A DNA stretch of 64,000 nucleotides from an uncultured Acidobacteriota bacterium (GTDB lineage Bacteria; Acidobacteriota; Thermoanaerobaculia; Gp7-AA8), in assembly GCA_963741955.1 (NCBI GenBank), contig CAVUKB010000005.1:416001-480000 (forward strand), given 5' to 3'. A program made the position numbers and the translations under genes. Shown one piece after another: positions 9,084 to 17,145 of this stretch (position 1 is the stretch's first letter; each line of letters starts with the position of its first letter). The notes under the pieces are model-generated. The model was given only the letters and a program-made list of their open reading frames with translations. It made no database searches and had not been told where the DNA came from.

Positions 9084-10901
9084 ATGCGTCATCACGATCG
9101 CACCAGGGGCCTCTATCTCTATCTGTTTCTCTTTCTGGCATCGTTCGTCGCGATGGCTGCCCTCGCAGCCGACCGCGCCGAGTCTCGCTTCTGGGCCGAT
9201 CCGATCGGGGATCAGCCGGTCGGGATCGCGCCTCACATGGCGTCCCGGGCCGTAGTACCGATGGCGACCGGCCTGGACAGCGCCATCGCCGGCGCCGTCG
9301 ATTCGATCCGCGCCATGCAGACGTGGAATGACGAGGGGAGACTTCCGCTCCGCAACGGCTTCTCCCGGCCGCTTCCTTCACCGGTCGAGTTCCGTCTCGG
9401 CGAAGTGGCCGCGGCGTCGACCGGGCACCAGATGGCCGGAGGTCTCGTCACCCGCGCGTCGAATGGAGATCTCATCTGGTCGACGAGCATTCACGTCGAA
9501 GATGCCTGGCGGCTCCGTCTCCACCTGAGTCACGTCGCGCTCCCACCCGGAACCGTGATGTGGGTGTACGGCAGCGGCGCTCAGGCGATCCGGTTCGACA
9601 CCGGGATCCAGCAGGGCGACACCCTCTGGACTCCGATGGTCGACGGCGACACGATCTGGTTCGAAGCCCGGCTTCCCGTGACGGCACAGAACTGCGCGTT
9701 CGACATCGATCGCGTCATGCAGCTCTTCACCGGCGACATGATCCGCTCGAACGTCCGCACCGCCGCGGGGCTGCATACAAAAGCCGAAGAATGCGTGCAG
9801 GACGCGACGTGCACCACCTCGTCCACCCTGAAAGGGATCAGCGCGTACCGCGCCGCGGTCGGCCAGATGCAGTTCACCGTGAACGGTGACGGCTACGTCT
9901 GCACCGGTGCGCTCCTCACTGATAAGGCAGGGTCACGTACGCCGTACTTCCTCACCGCGAACCACTGCATCTCCAGTGCGGCCTCCGCGTCTTCGCTCCA
10001 GGTGACCTGGGATTACAAGAGCAACACCTGCGGAGTCTGGAGCACCGCGACGGCCAATCCTTCAACGAGCGTCGGCGCTTCACTTCTGGTCACGAACCCG
10101 CGAAGCGACGTCACTCTCCTTCGTCTGAACAGCGTCCCCTCCAACCGCACGTTCCTCGGGTGGGACTCCACCCCGCTCTCGAACTCCACGAAGCTCTACC
10201 GGATCTCTCACCCGTACTCCGCGGTCTACGAAGACGTCTATCCGCAGGCCTGGTCGGAATCGAACGTCAGCACGTCGGTCCCCACCTGCCAGGGGAAATC
10301 GCGCCCTGATTATCTCTACGCAGTGAATACCAAAGGGGGGACGTTCGGCGGCAGCTCCGGCTCGCCGGTGATCGTGACCGATCAGAACGGCGATGGCCTC
10401 TACGTCGTCGGGCAGCTCAACGGCGGTTGCCCGAGCGTCACGGGACATGACCCCGGCGATGGTTGCGACTACACGAACCACGACCTCGACGGAGCGTTCT
10501 CCACCAGCTATCAGGATCTCAAGTCGTTCCTCAATTCTTCCGCTCCGGTGGTCTGCAATCCCGATTCGACCACCCTCTGCCTCAACAACGGCCGCTTCAG
10601 AGTGAGGGTGAGCTGGACGGATTTCAACAACAACACCGGAAACGGCCAGGCGATCAAGTACACGCCCGACTCCGGACTGATGTGGTTCTTCGATTCCACG
10701 AACATCGAGTTCCTGGTCAAGATCCTCAACGGCTGCGGCTTGAACAACCATTACTGGGTCTTCGCCGCCGCGACCACGAACGTCCAGTACACCATGACCG
10801 TGACCGACTCGCAGAACGGGACGACGAAGACTTACTCCAATCCTCTCGGAACGTCGGCACCGGCGATTACCGATACCGGCGCGTTCGCCACCTGTCCCTG
10901 A
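9084..10901 (+). CDS. Secreted S1 serine protease (lysyl endopeptidase/protease I-like) with extra C-terminal domain
   Basis: Signal peptide and propeptide. Catalytic motifs CTGALL, LTANHC, SDVTLLRL and GGSSGSP. About 115-aa C-terminal domain ending AFATCP. Confidence 0.88.
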   Translation: MRHHDRTRGLYLYLFLFLASFVAMAALAADRAESRFWADPIGDQPVGIAPHMASRAVVPMATGLDSAIAGAVDSIRAMQTWNDEGRLPLRNGFSRPLPSPVEFRLGEVAAASTGHQMAGGLVTRASNGDLIWSTSIHVEDAWRLRLHLSHVALPPGTVMWVYGSGAQAIRFDTGIQQGDTLWTPMVDGDTIWFEARLPVTAQNCAFDIDRVMQLFTGDMIRSNVRTAAGLHTKAEECVQDATCTTSSTLKGISAYRAAVGQMQFTVNGDGYVCTGALLTDKAGSRTPYFLTANHCISSAASASSLQVTWDYKSNTCGVWSTATANPSTSVGASLLVTNPRSDVTLLRLNSVPSNRTFLGWDSTPLSNSTKLYRISHPYSAVYEDVYPQAWSESNVSTSVPTCQGKSRPDYLYAVNTKGGTFGGSSGSPVIVTDQNGDGLYVVGQLNGGCPSVTGHDPGDGCDYTNHDLDGAFSTSYQDLKSFLNSSAPVVCNPDSTTLCLNNGRFRVRVSWTDFNNNTGNGQAIKYTPDSGLMWFFDSTNIEFLVKILNGCGLNNHYWVFAAATTNVQYTMTVTDSQNGTTKTYSNPLGTSAPAITDTGAFATCP

Positions 10902-10924
10902 CCGTCGGAGCAGCGGATCGACAC

Positions 10925-10957
10925 GAGGACGGACTCCGGTCCGTCCTCTTTTCGTTT
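10925..10957 (+). terminator. Intrinsic terminator
   Basis: GAGGACGGAC-TCCG-GTCCGTCCTC stem followed by TTTTCGTTT, just after the protease stop. Confidence 0.8.
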
Positions 10958-11011
10958 GCAGGCGCGCAGGCGCGGCGGTCAGCCGGCGGCGTGTGGCCCT
11001 ATGATGACTCC

Positions 11012-11578
11012 ATGCGCCGCACCTTCAGTCACGTGGTCGGGATCGACGACTTTCCTTTCGAGCGATCCCACCGGGGAGACGTGCGGATCGTGGGAACAGT
11101 CTTCGCCGGATCGCAGCTCCACGGAGTCGTCTCGTCGAGAGTGCGACGGGACGGCGCCAACGCGACCACCCGCATCGCCGCGATGGTGTACGGATCGAAG
11201 TTCCGGGAGCATCTGCAGCTGGTGATGCTGCAGGGAATCGCCGTCGCCGGATTCAACGTGGTCGATCTCGCACGACTGGAGCGCGAGACCGGACTCCCGG
11301 TGCTCGTGGTCGCCCGCCGCAATCCCGATCTCGACGCGATCCGCGACGCGCTTCTCACGCGCGTCCCCGGCGGCAAGAGGAAGTGGGCGCTGATCCAGGC
11401 CGCCGGTCCGATGCGACGCGCCGGCGAGGTATGGGTTCAGAGTGCGGGGCTGTCAGCGGAGGAGACTTCCACGATCCTCGAGCGCTTCGCGATCAACGGC
11501 GTGATCCCCGAGCCCCTCCGCGTCGCGCATCTGATCGCCGGCGGCATCGCGACGGGAGAGAGCACCGGCCGTGTGTAG
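11012..11578 (+). CDS. DUF99/UPF0215 family protein (endonuclease V-like fold)
   Basis: VVGIDDFPF, RRDGANAT, LQGIAVAGFNVVD and IPEPLRVAHLIA. True start is the ATG at 11012. Confidence 0.85.
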   Translation: MRRTFSHVVGIDDFPFERSHRGDVRIVGTVFAGSQLHGVVSSRVRRDGANATTRIAAMVYGSKFREHLQLVMLQGIAVAGFNVVDLARLERETGLPVLVVARRNPDLDAIRDALLTRVPGGKRKWALIQAAGPMRRAGEVWVQSAGLSAEETSTILERFAINGVIPEPLRVAHLIAGGIATGESTGRV

Positions 11579-11614
11579 TGGGCGTGCCCGGTGAGGGTCG
11601 TTCCTCCCGCCGTC

Positions 11615-12187
11615 CTACGCCCGCAGCGCAGCCATCCGTTTCTTCGACTCTTCCAGCACGCTCTGGTGAAGGCTGTTCCCGTGCGAATCCATGGTCACGA
11701 TGGCCATGAAGTCCTCCACCCAGAGGTGCCAGATGGCTTCGGGACTCCCCAGGTCCATCCAGTCGACGCCGTCGACTCGCTTGATCGCCGAGGCACAGAC
11801 CTGCGCCGCGCCGCCGATGGCGTGGAGGTAGACCGCGCCGTACTCTTTGCAGCCGGCCAGAGTCTTGGGCCCCATGCCGCCTTTTCCGATCACCCCTCGG
11901 ATTCCGTAGTCGCGCATCACTTCCCACTGGTACGGCTCTTCGCGCGAGCTGGTGGTCGGGCCGGCAGCCTTGCAGACCCACTTGTCGCCTTCCTTCACCA
12001 TCACCGGACCGCAGTGGTAGATGATCTGTCCCGCGAGGTCGACTGGAGGCTTGACCCCCTGATGAATGCGATGATGGACGGCGTCCCGTCCCGTGTAGAG
12101 GCGTCCGCTGATGGAGACGTTGTCGCCGACCTTCAGTCCGCGAATCGTCTCTTCGTCGATCGGTGTGGTCAATTTGATCGTAGCCAT
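11615..12187 (-). CDS. Fe-S fumarate hydratase/tartrate dehydratase, beta (C-terminal) subunit
   Basis: TGRDAVH, YHCGP, AGPTTSSRE, IGKGGM and MDSHGNSLH. Confidence 0.92.
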   Translation of the reverse strand: MATIKLTTPIDEETIRGLKVGDNVSISGRLYTGRDAVHHRIHQGVKPPVDLAGQIIYHCGPVMVKEGDKWVCKAAGPTTSSREEPYQWEVMRDYGIRGVIGKGGMGPKTLAGCKEYGAVYLHAIGGAAQVCASAIKRVDGVDWMDLGSPEAIWHLWVEDFMAIVTMDSHGNSLHQSVLEESKKRMAALRA

Positions 12188-12213
12188 GATCTCTTCTTCC
12201 CGTTCTCGTGCAC

Positions 12214-13149
12214 TCAGTAGAGCCACTTCTGGACGTCGGCGGTGGTCATCGAAAGCTCGCAGCCGCGGCGGCGGAACGCCCAGCACATGTAGGCGATGCT
12301 GACGAAGTAGCTGGCCGGCAACCGGTTGCGTTTCCCGATCTTGCAGCCGAGGAGCGTGGTATTCCCGCCGAAGCCCATCGGACCGATGCCGAGCTGGTTG
12401 GCTTTTTCCACCACCCGCTTTTCGAGATCGGACAGCACCGGGTCCGGATTCGAGTCGTCGAGCGTCCGCAGGAGCTGTTCCTTCGCGAACGCGTATCCCG
12501 TCCCACGGTCGCCGCCGATGCAGACGCCGAGGATTCCCGGTCCGCATCCCTGTCCCTGGGCCTGGATGACCGAGTCGAGGATCGCGTTCTCCACCCCTTC
12601 GAGCGTGCGGCCGCCGAGCTCCGGGTGCGGGAGGCTGTACTGCGCGTTCATGTTCTCGCAGCCGCCACCTTTGAGCATCACCTTCACTTCGACGTGGTCC
12701 TTCCGCCACTGGTGGAAGTGGAAGACCGGCGAACCGGGGCCGGTATTGTCACCGCTGTTCTTTCCGGTCACGCTGTCGACGCTGTTCTGCCGGAGATAAC
12801 CGACTCTCGTCGCCTCGCGCACCGCTTCCGTTGCCACCTCTTCGAACGTCAGCTGGTCGTAGCCGACCGGCACGTGGACGTAGAAAAGAATGGTTCCGGT
12901 GTCCTGACAGATCGGAAGCGAGTGCTCGACCGCCAGGCCGATGTTGCAGCCGATCACGTCGAGCGCGACGTCGGCGTTGGATCCCGGGGCTTCGGCTTTC
13001 CGGGCATCCCGGACCGACCGGGCGACGTCGTCCGGAAGGACGGTGCTGGTGCGGCGGATCAGCTCGAGGAGGTTGGTGAAAAGAGTCTGCTCCAGGGCCG
13101 ACTTGAACGAGGACCCCGGACGGGATGTTTCGGGTGCAGTTGCTGTCAT
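12214..13149 (-). CDS. Fe-S fumarate hydratase/tartrate dehydratase, alpha (N-terminal) subunit
   Basis: PICQDTG, LRQNSVD, KGGGCEN, GIGPMGFGG and MCWAFRR. Confidence 0.92.
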   Translation of the reverse strand: MTATAPETSRPGSSFKSALEQTLFTNLLELIRRTSTVLPDDVARSVRDARKAEAPGSNADVALDVIGCNIGLAVEHSLPICQDTGTILFYVHVPVGYDQLTFEEVATEAVREATRVGYLRQNSVDSVTGKNSGDNTGPGSPVFHFHQWRKDHVEVKVMLKGGGCENMNAQYSLPHPELGGRTLEGVENAILDSVIQAQGQGCGPGILGVCIGGDRGTGYAFAKEQLLRTLDDSNPDPVLSDLEKRVVEKANQLGIGPMGFGGNTTLLGCKIGKRNRLPASYFVSIAYMCWAFRRRGCELSMTTADVQKWLY

Positions 13150-13212
13150 TTCCGTAGTCTCCGGCGGGAAGTCTATAGCCCGTATGCACGGCCGGCAAGG
13201 ACGCACGTCACA

Positions 13213-13247
13213 GGCTCGGGGCTCGGGGCTCGGGGCTCGGGGCTCGA
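13213..13247. repeat. Heptamer tandem repeat (GGCTCGG) x5
   Basis: Directly visible in the divergent intergenic region. Confidence 0.85.
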
Positions 13248-13271
13248 GCATCTGTGATCGCGGGTTCACAA

Positions 13272-13299
13272 TTGCGTGCGGTCCGCCTCCGGTTAGAAT
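13272..13299 (+). promoter_or_regulatory. Putative sigma70-type promoter
   Basis: TTGCGT-N16-TAGAAT, 10 nt before GTG 13310. Confidence 0.45.
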
Positions 13300-13309
13300 C
13301 CGGAGCACC

Positions 13310-14617
13310 GTGACTTCCATTCCGCGGAATCCGCGTTCCCTCACCTGGCCGTGGATCCTCGCCGCGTTTCTCCTCCACGTTCTCCCGTTCGCCATGCGCC
13401 CTGCGCTTCTCGGCGGAGACGAGCCGCACTACGCTCTGATGGCGCATTCGATCGCCGTCGATCACGATCTCGATCTGCGGAACGATTACGCGGCCGTCGA
13501 CGCAGGGTCGAATGCAGCGGGACGGAAATTCGCCGGACGGACGCTCGACCCGCACCTGCGCCACTATGGCGACCGGATCGTCTTCTCCCACCCCCTCGGA
13601 CTCCCCGCACTCGTCTCTCCGGCGGTCTGGCTTCTCGACCGACTTGCACCCGGCGCGGCTCCCGATCTCCTCCTGGGCGGAATCACCCTCGCCCTCACCT
13701 TCGCCGCATTCCTCGGCGGGTGGTGGCTTCTTCTTCAGGTTCTCGACGATCGGCGCGCAGCGACCCTGGTCGCGTTCGCCATCTACTTCTCGACCCCGCT
13801 CTGGTTCTACAGCCGCACGTTCTTCACCGAGCCGTACACCTGGGCCTTCGCGGTCCTCGCCGTCGTGGCGCTCGCACGCGATCGCTGGATCACTGCTTCA
13901 ATTCTTCTTGCGCTCGTCTTTCTGGTGAAAGAGACGGGAATCCTCATCGTTCTCCCGATCCTCGTCTTCACTGCGTACCATCGGGGAGTGCGGCGCGCGG
14001 CAGAGCTCTCGATCGGACCGGCCGTCGCCGTTGCGATCTTCGCCACCAAAAACCTCCTCGTCTACGGATCTCCCCTCGTCACGTTTCAACCGTTCGAGCC
14101 CGGCAACCCTCTGCGAGGCCTTCTCGGCGAGACGTTCGACCTGCGTCATGGAATTCTCCCTTTCGCGCCGCTTCTGCTCATCGCAGCGGCCGGCTGGTTC
14201 ATGAACGGTCGCCGCGAGGAGATCTCCCGCTATCTACCGTTCGCGGCGTCAGTCGCTCTCTCGTACTTCGTGCTGATCTCGATCTGGACCGACTGGGGTG
14301 GTGGGTCGTGCTACGGACCCCGTCTCTTCGTTCCGGCGATACCCGCGTTCTCGATCTCGCTCGCGTGCGTCGAGCGTCCGGGACGGCGGCGTACGGTCGC
14401 GCGACTCCTCCTCGACGCGGCGATCGTCGCCGGCTTCGCAATCCAGTGCGCCGCCGCGACGAATCCCTTTGCCGCGTTCTGGTCGGCTTCAGTGATCGAG
14501 ATCGTGTACGGAAACCCGGCCGGGGCGATCGCGGGAGCCGTCGTTGCAGCGGCCGGACTCCACTTGCTCGAGCGGCGGGAGCCGGCACCGCCCCGGATCG
14601 TTCCGGAGAGCGACTGA
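13310..14617 (+). CDS. Polytopic membrane protein, GT-C fold glycosyltransferase-like (PMT/ArnT-related)
   Basis: GDEPHY motif after TM1, FTEP, many TM segments and WGGGSCYGPRLFVP. Confidence 0.7.
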   Translation: MTSIPRNPRSLTWPWILAAFLLHVLPFAMRPALLGGDEPHYALMAHSIAVDHDLDLRNDYAAVDAGSNAAGRKFAGRTLDPHLRHYGDRIVFSHPLGLPALVSPAVWLLDRLAPGAAPDLLLGGITLALTFAAFLGGWWLLLQVLDDRRAATLVAFAIYFSTPLWFYSRTFFTEPYTWAFAVLAVVALARDRWITASILLALVFLVKETGILIVLPILVFTAYHRGVRRAAELSIGPAVAVAIFATKNLLVYGSPLVTFQPFEPGNPLRGLLGETFDLRHGILPFAPLLLIAAAGWFMNGRREEISRYLPFAASVALSYFVLISIWTDWGGGSCYGPRLFVPAIPAFSISLACVERPGRRRTVARLLLDAAIVAGFAIQCAAATNPFAAFWSASVIEIVYGNPAGAIAGAVVAAAGLHLLERREPAPPRIVPESD

Positions 14618-14750
14618 CGCCCGCTTCGCTGTTCGCGAAAGAGGCTCCACCGGTTCTCCCCGACCTCGGCTCCGATCCGTCTCTCCGCGTTTCAATCCGC
14701 ACCGCCGGCACCCGGCGCTTCTGGCCCGAACCTTGCCCTTCCGCACCCCG

Positions 14751-15191
14751 ATGACTGGCTCGCTGTTCTGGTTCGCAAGCCTCGGCGCGGCGTACCTCCT
14801 CTTCTCCGGTCACGCCACCGTCGCGCAGGGAATCGCCGCCGCGATTGTCGGGGCTGCGGGTTCCGCTGTGGCCGCATGGCTCCGTCGTACTGGCGGACTC
14901 GAGTTCGCGGCGCCCGGCGGAGCGACCCTTGCGCGACTGGCCGCGATCCCCGCGAAGATTCCGTTGCAGGCCGCCCGGCTGGCGGGACTTCTCCTGCATC
15001 GGATGCTGATCCGCAAACAACTGCAGGGAGCACACGATCGCGTGCCCCTTCACAGCCAGGGCGACGCCGGACAGCGTGCGACGGAACGGGCGGTGATGAT
15101 GCTCGAGCTTTCCGCCACTCCCGAGACGTTCGTCGTCGGAACGGAACGGGATGCGTTGCTCATTCACCGTCTCGACGGAGGCTCATCGTGA
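14751..15191 (+). CDS. Mrp/Mnh antiporter subunit E-like
   Basis: Two N-terminal TMs and C-terminal SATPETFVV..LLIHRL. First gene of an overlapping operon. Confidence 0.7.
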   Translation: MTGSLFWFASLGAAYLLFSGHATVAQGIAAAIVGAAGSAVAAWLRRTGGLEFAAPGGATLARLAAIPAKIPLQAARLAGLLLHRMLIRKQLQGAHDRVPLHSQGDAGQRATERAVMMLELSATPETFVVGTERDALLIHRLDGGSS

Positions 15192-15451
15192 CCGGCTCTT
15201 CACTCTGGCTGATTCCCGCGAGCCTTCTCCTCCTCGCCTATCTCCCTGCACTCCGCGCAGTGACGAAAGGCGACACGAACATGCGTATCGTCGGACTCCT
15301 CTTCGCCACCGGCGTCACCACCACCGAGCTCTTTCTCCTGGTCGGCGCGCTCGGCCGCCTCACGTTCTCGGACATGATGATCGCTGCGGCACTGACCAGC
15401 TTCGCCGGCTCGATCTTCCTCATCCGGATGTACGCGAGGTGGATGTCGTGA
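15188..15451 (+). CDS. Mrp/Mnh subunit F-like
   Basis: 87 aa, 3 TM, GDTNMRIVGL..YARWM. GTGA overlap with upstream gene. Confidence 0.7.
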   Translation: MTGSSLWLIPASLLLLAYLPALRAVTKGDTNMRIVGLLFATGVTTTELFLLVGALGRLTFSDMMIAAALTSFAGSIFLIRMYARWMS

Positions 15452-15738
15452 CGTCCACGATCATCACCGCCGTCCTCCTCGCGACGGCCGTCCTCCTGGA
15501 ACTGGTCGGCGCCATCGGCCTTCTCTGGCTCCGCACCACCAAGGCAAAGCTCCACTACGCGAGCGGAACGACGTCGGCCGGAGTGATCCTCGTGGCGATC
15601 GCCCTCCTCGTCGCCAACGGTCTCTCCCCCGGCGGAGGAAAGGCGCTCCTGGCGGCGGTTCTCGTCGGGATTCTCGGTGGCGCAGTCACTCACACCATCG
15701 GTGCGGAAATCCATCGTGCCGGGAAGGAGCGCCGGTGA
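15448..15738 (+). CDS. Mrp/Mnh subunit G-like
   Basis: GAIGLLWL..AKLHYAS..VTHTIG. GTGA overlap. Confidence 0.72.
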   Translation: MTSTIITAVLLATAVLLELVGAIGLLWLRTTKAKLHYASGTTSAGVILVAIALLVANGLSPGGGKALLAAVLVGILGGAVTHTIGAEIHRAGKERR

Positions 15739-15980
15739 TCTCCATCTTTCACGCGACCATCCTCGTTCTGATCGCCATCACCGGAACTGCGACGGTGCTG
15801 GAGCATGATCCGAAGAAGCAGGTCCTGATCGCCAGCATCTTCGGACTGCAGCTCACGCTCTACTTCTTTTCCGTCAGCGCACCCGACGTCGCGCTCTCCG
15901 AGCTGGTGGTGGGGATGATCGCCCTCCCCGCCGTGACGCTGATCGCGATCGCGCGAATCGAAAGGGACCGGCAGAAGTGA
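15735..15980 (+). CDS. DUF4040 / MbhD-like small antiporter subunit
   Basis: APDVALSELVVG motif. Confidence 0.8.
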   Translation: MISIFHATILVLIAITGTATVLEHDPKKQVLIASIFGLQLTLYFFSVSAPDVALSELVVGMIALPAVTLIAIARIERDRQK

Positions 15981-16801
15981 ACCGCACCCAGCGCACGATC
16001 ATGTTTCTCTGCGGCGCAGCCGTGATGACCGTGCTGCTGGTCCTGGCGGTGCTGAGATTGCCGCCCGTGGGAGCGCGTCCGGACGAGCCCACCACCAACC
16101 CGCCGCGCGACGAGATCCATCGTTCCGCAGAAACGACCCACCGGCGGACCTCGCCTCCGCTTCCCCATCATGGCTACGGCGACACTCTCACCCGTCTCGC
16201 GCTCGCCCGTCGCCACGTCACCAACGCCACGACCGCCGTCATCTTCGATTTCCGCGGCATCGACACTCTGGGCGAGGAGTTCGTTCTCTTCACCGCCACC
16301 GCCGGCGTCGTCCTCCTCCTCCGCCGTGGTGAGAAGAGTCGCAGGAAGAGCCATGTCGCCGGACCCGTCGGAGCCGACGTCCGCCTCGGCGCGTATGGCG
16401 CGATCCCTCTCACCCTCGTCTTCGGCATCTATCTCGCGCTCAACGGTCACCTCGGGATGGGAGGCGGTTTTCAGGGAGGTGTGGTGCTCTTCGACTGCTG
16501 GATGATCTATTACGTCGTGGCCGGCTCCGAGGCCTACCACCGCGCCGCGCGGGACGACGTCGCCGATCTCCTGGAAGGTGCCGCTGCAGCGGGATTCGCT
16601 CTGGTCGGTCTCTCCGCGGTGGCCACCGGAGCCGCATTCCTCACCAACGTCCTTCCGTTCGGCAGGCTCGGCGATCTTCTCTCCGGAGGCACCATTCCGG
16701 TGATCGACTCGCTCGTTGCGATCGAAGTCGCGGCGGCGCTGATCGTGATTTTCACTCAGTTCGTTCAGCAGCTCGAGCGACCGCAGAGGAGTGAGCGGTG
16801 A
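15977..16801 (+). CDS. MnhB/MbhE-F-like subunit
   Basis: NATTAVIFDFRGIDTLGEE and GHLGMGGGFQGG motifs. Confidence 0.85.
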   Translation: MNRTQRTIMFLCGAAVMTVLLVLAVLRLPPVGARPDEPTTNPPRDEIHRSAETTHRRTSPPLPHHGYGDTLTRLALARRHVTNATTAVIFDFRGIDTLGEEFVLFTATAGVVLLLRRGEKSRRKSHVAGPVGADVRLGAYGAIPLTLVFGIYLALNGHLGMGGGFQGGVVLFDCWMIYYVVAGSEAYHRAARDDVADLLEGAAAAGFALVGLSAVATGAAFLTNVLPFGRLGDLLSGGTIPVIDSLVAIEVAAALIVIFTQFVQQLERPQRSER

Positions 16802-17145
16802 TGTCGCTCCTGCCGTATCTCGTCACTCTATGGCTGCTGATGGCGGGTCTCTACGGCGTGATCCGCAGCCGAAACCTGGTGCAGATGACCATCTGCCTAT
16901 GGGTGCTTCAGGCTTCGACGTACGTCCTCCTCCTTTCCATCGGATACGTCGCCGGAGCCGGCCCTCCGATTTTCGACCCGAGGCACATCGCACTCCCTTC
17001 GGTCGATCCGGTGGTACAGGCGATGACACTGACCGACATCGTCATCGGCGCGACGCTCACCGCCCTTCTTCTCGCCATGGCGGTCGAGCTGGAGATCCAG
17101 GCGGGGAAGACGAGCTCCGAGAACTCTCGCCCCCTGAGGAGATAG
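16798..17145 (+). CDS. Mrp/Mnh subunit C
   Basis: SRNLVQ and DPVVQAMTLTDIVIG. Confidence 0.88.
   Translation: MMSLLPYLVTLWLLMAGLYGVIRSRNLVQMTICLWVLQASTYVLLLSIGYVAGAGPPIFDPRHIALPSVDPVVQAMTLTDIVIGATLTALLLAMAVELEIQAGKTSSENSRPLRR

Noticed and set aside
11615-13149. Split fumarase as a pseudogene or novelty
   Set aside because: Two-subunit class I fumarase/tartrate dehydratase is a well-known arrangement and both genes are intact. Substrate cannot be assigned, so no gene symbol is given.
13351-14754. 467-aa Arg-rich ORF
   Set aside because: Alternate-frame shadow of the membrane glycosyltransferase-like gene.
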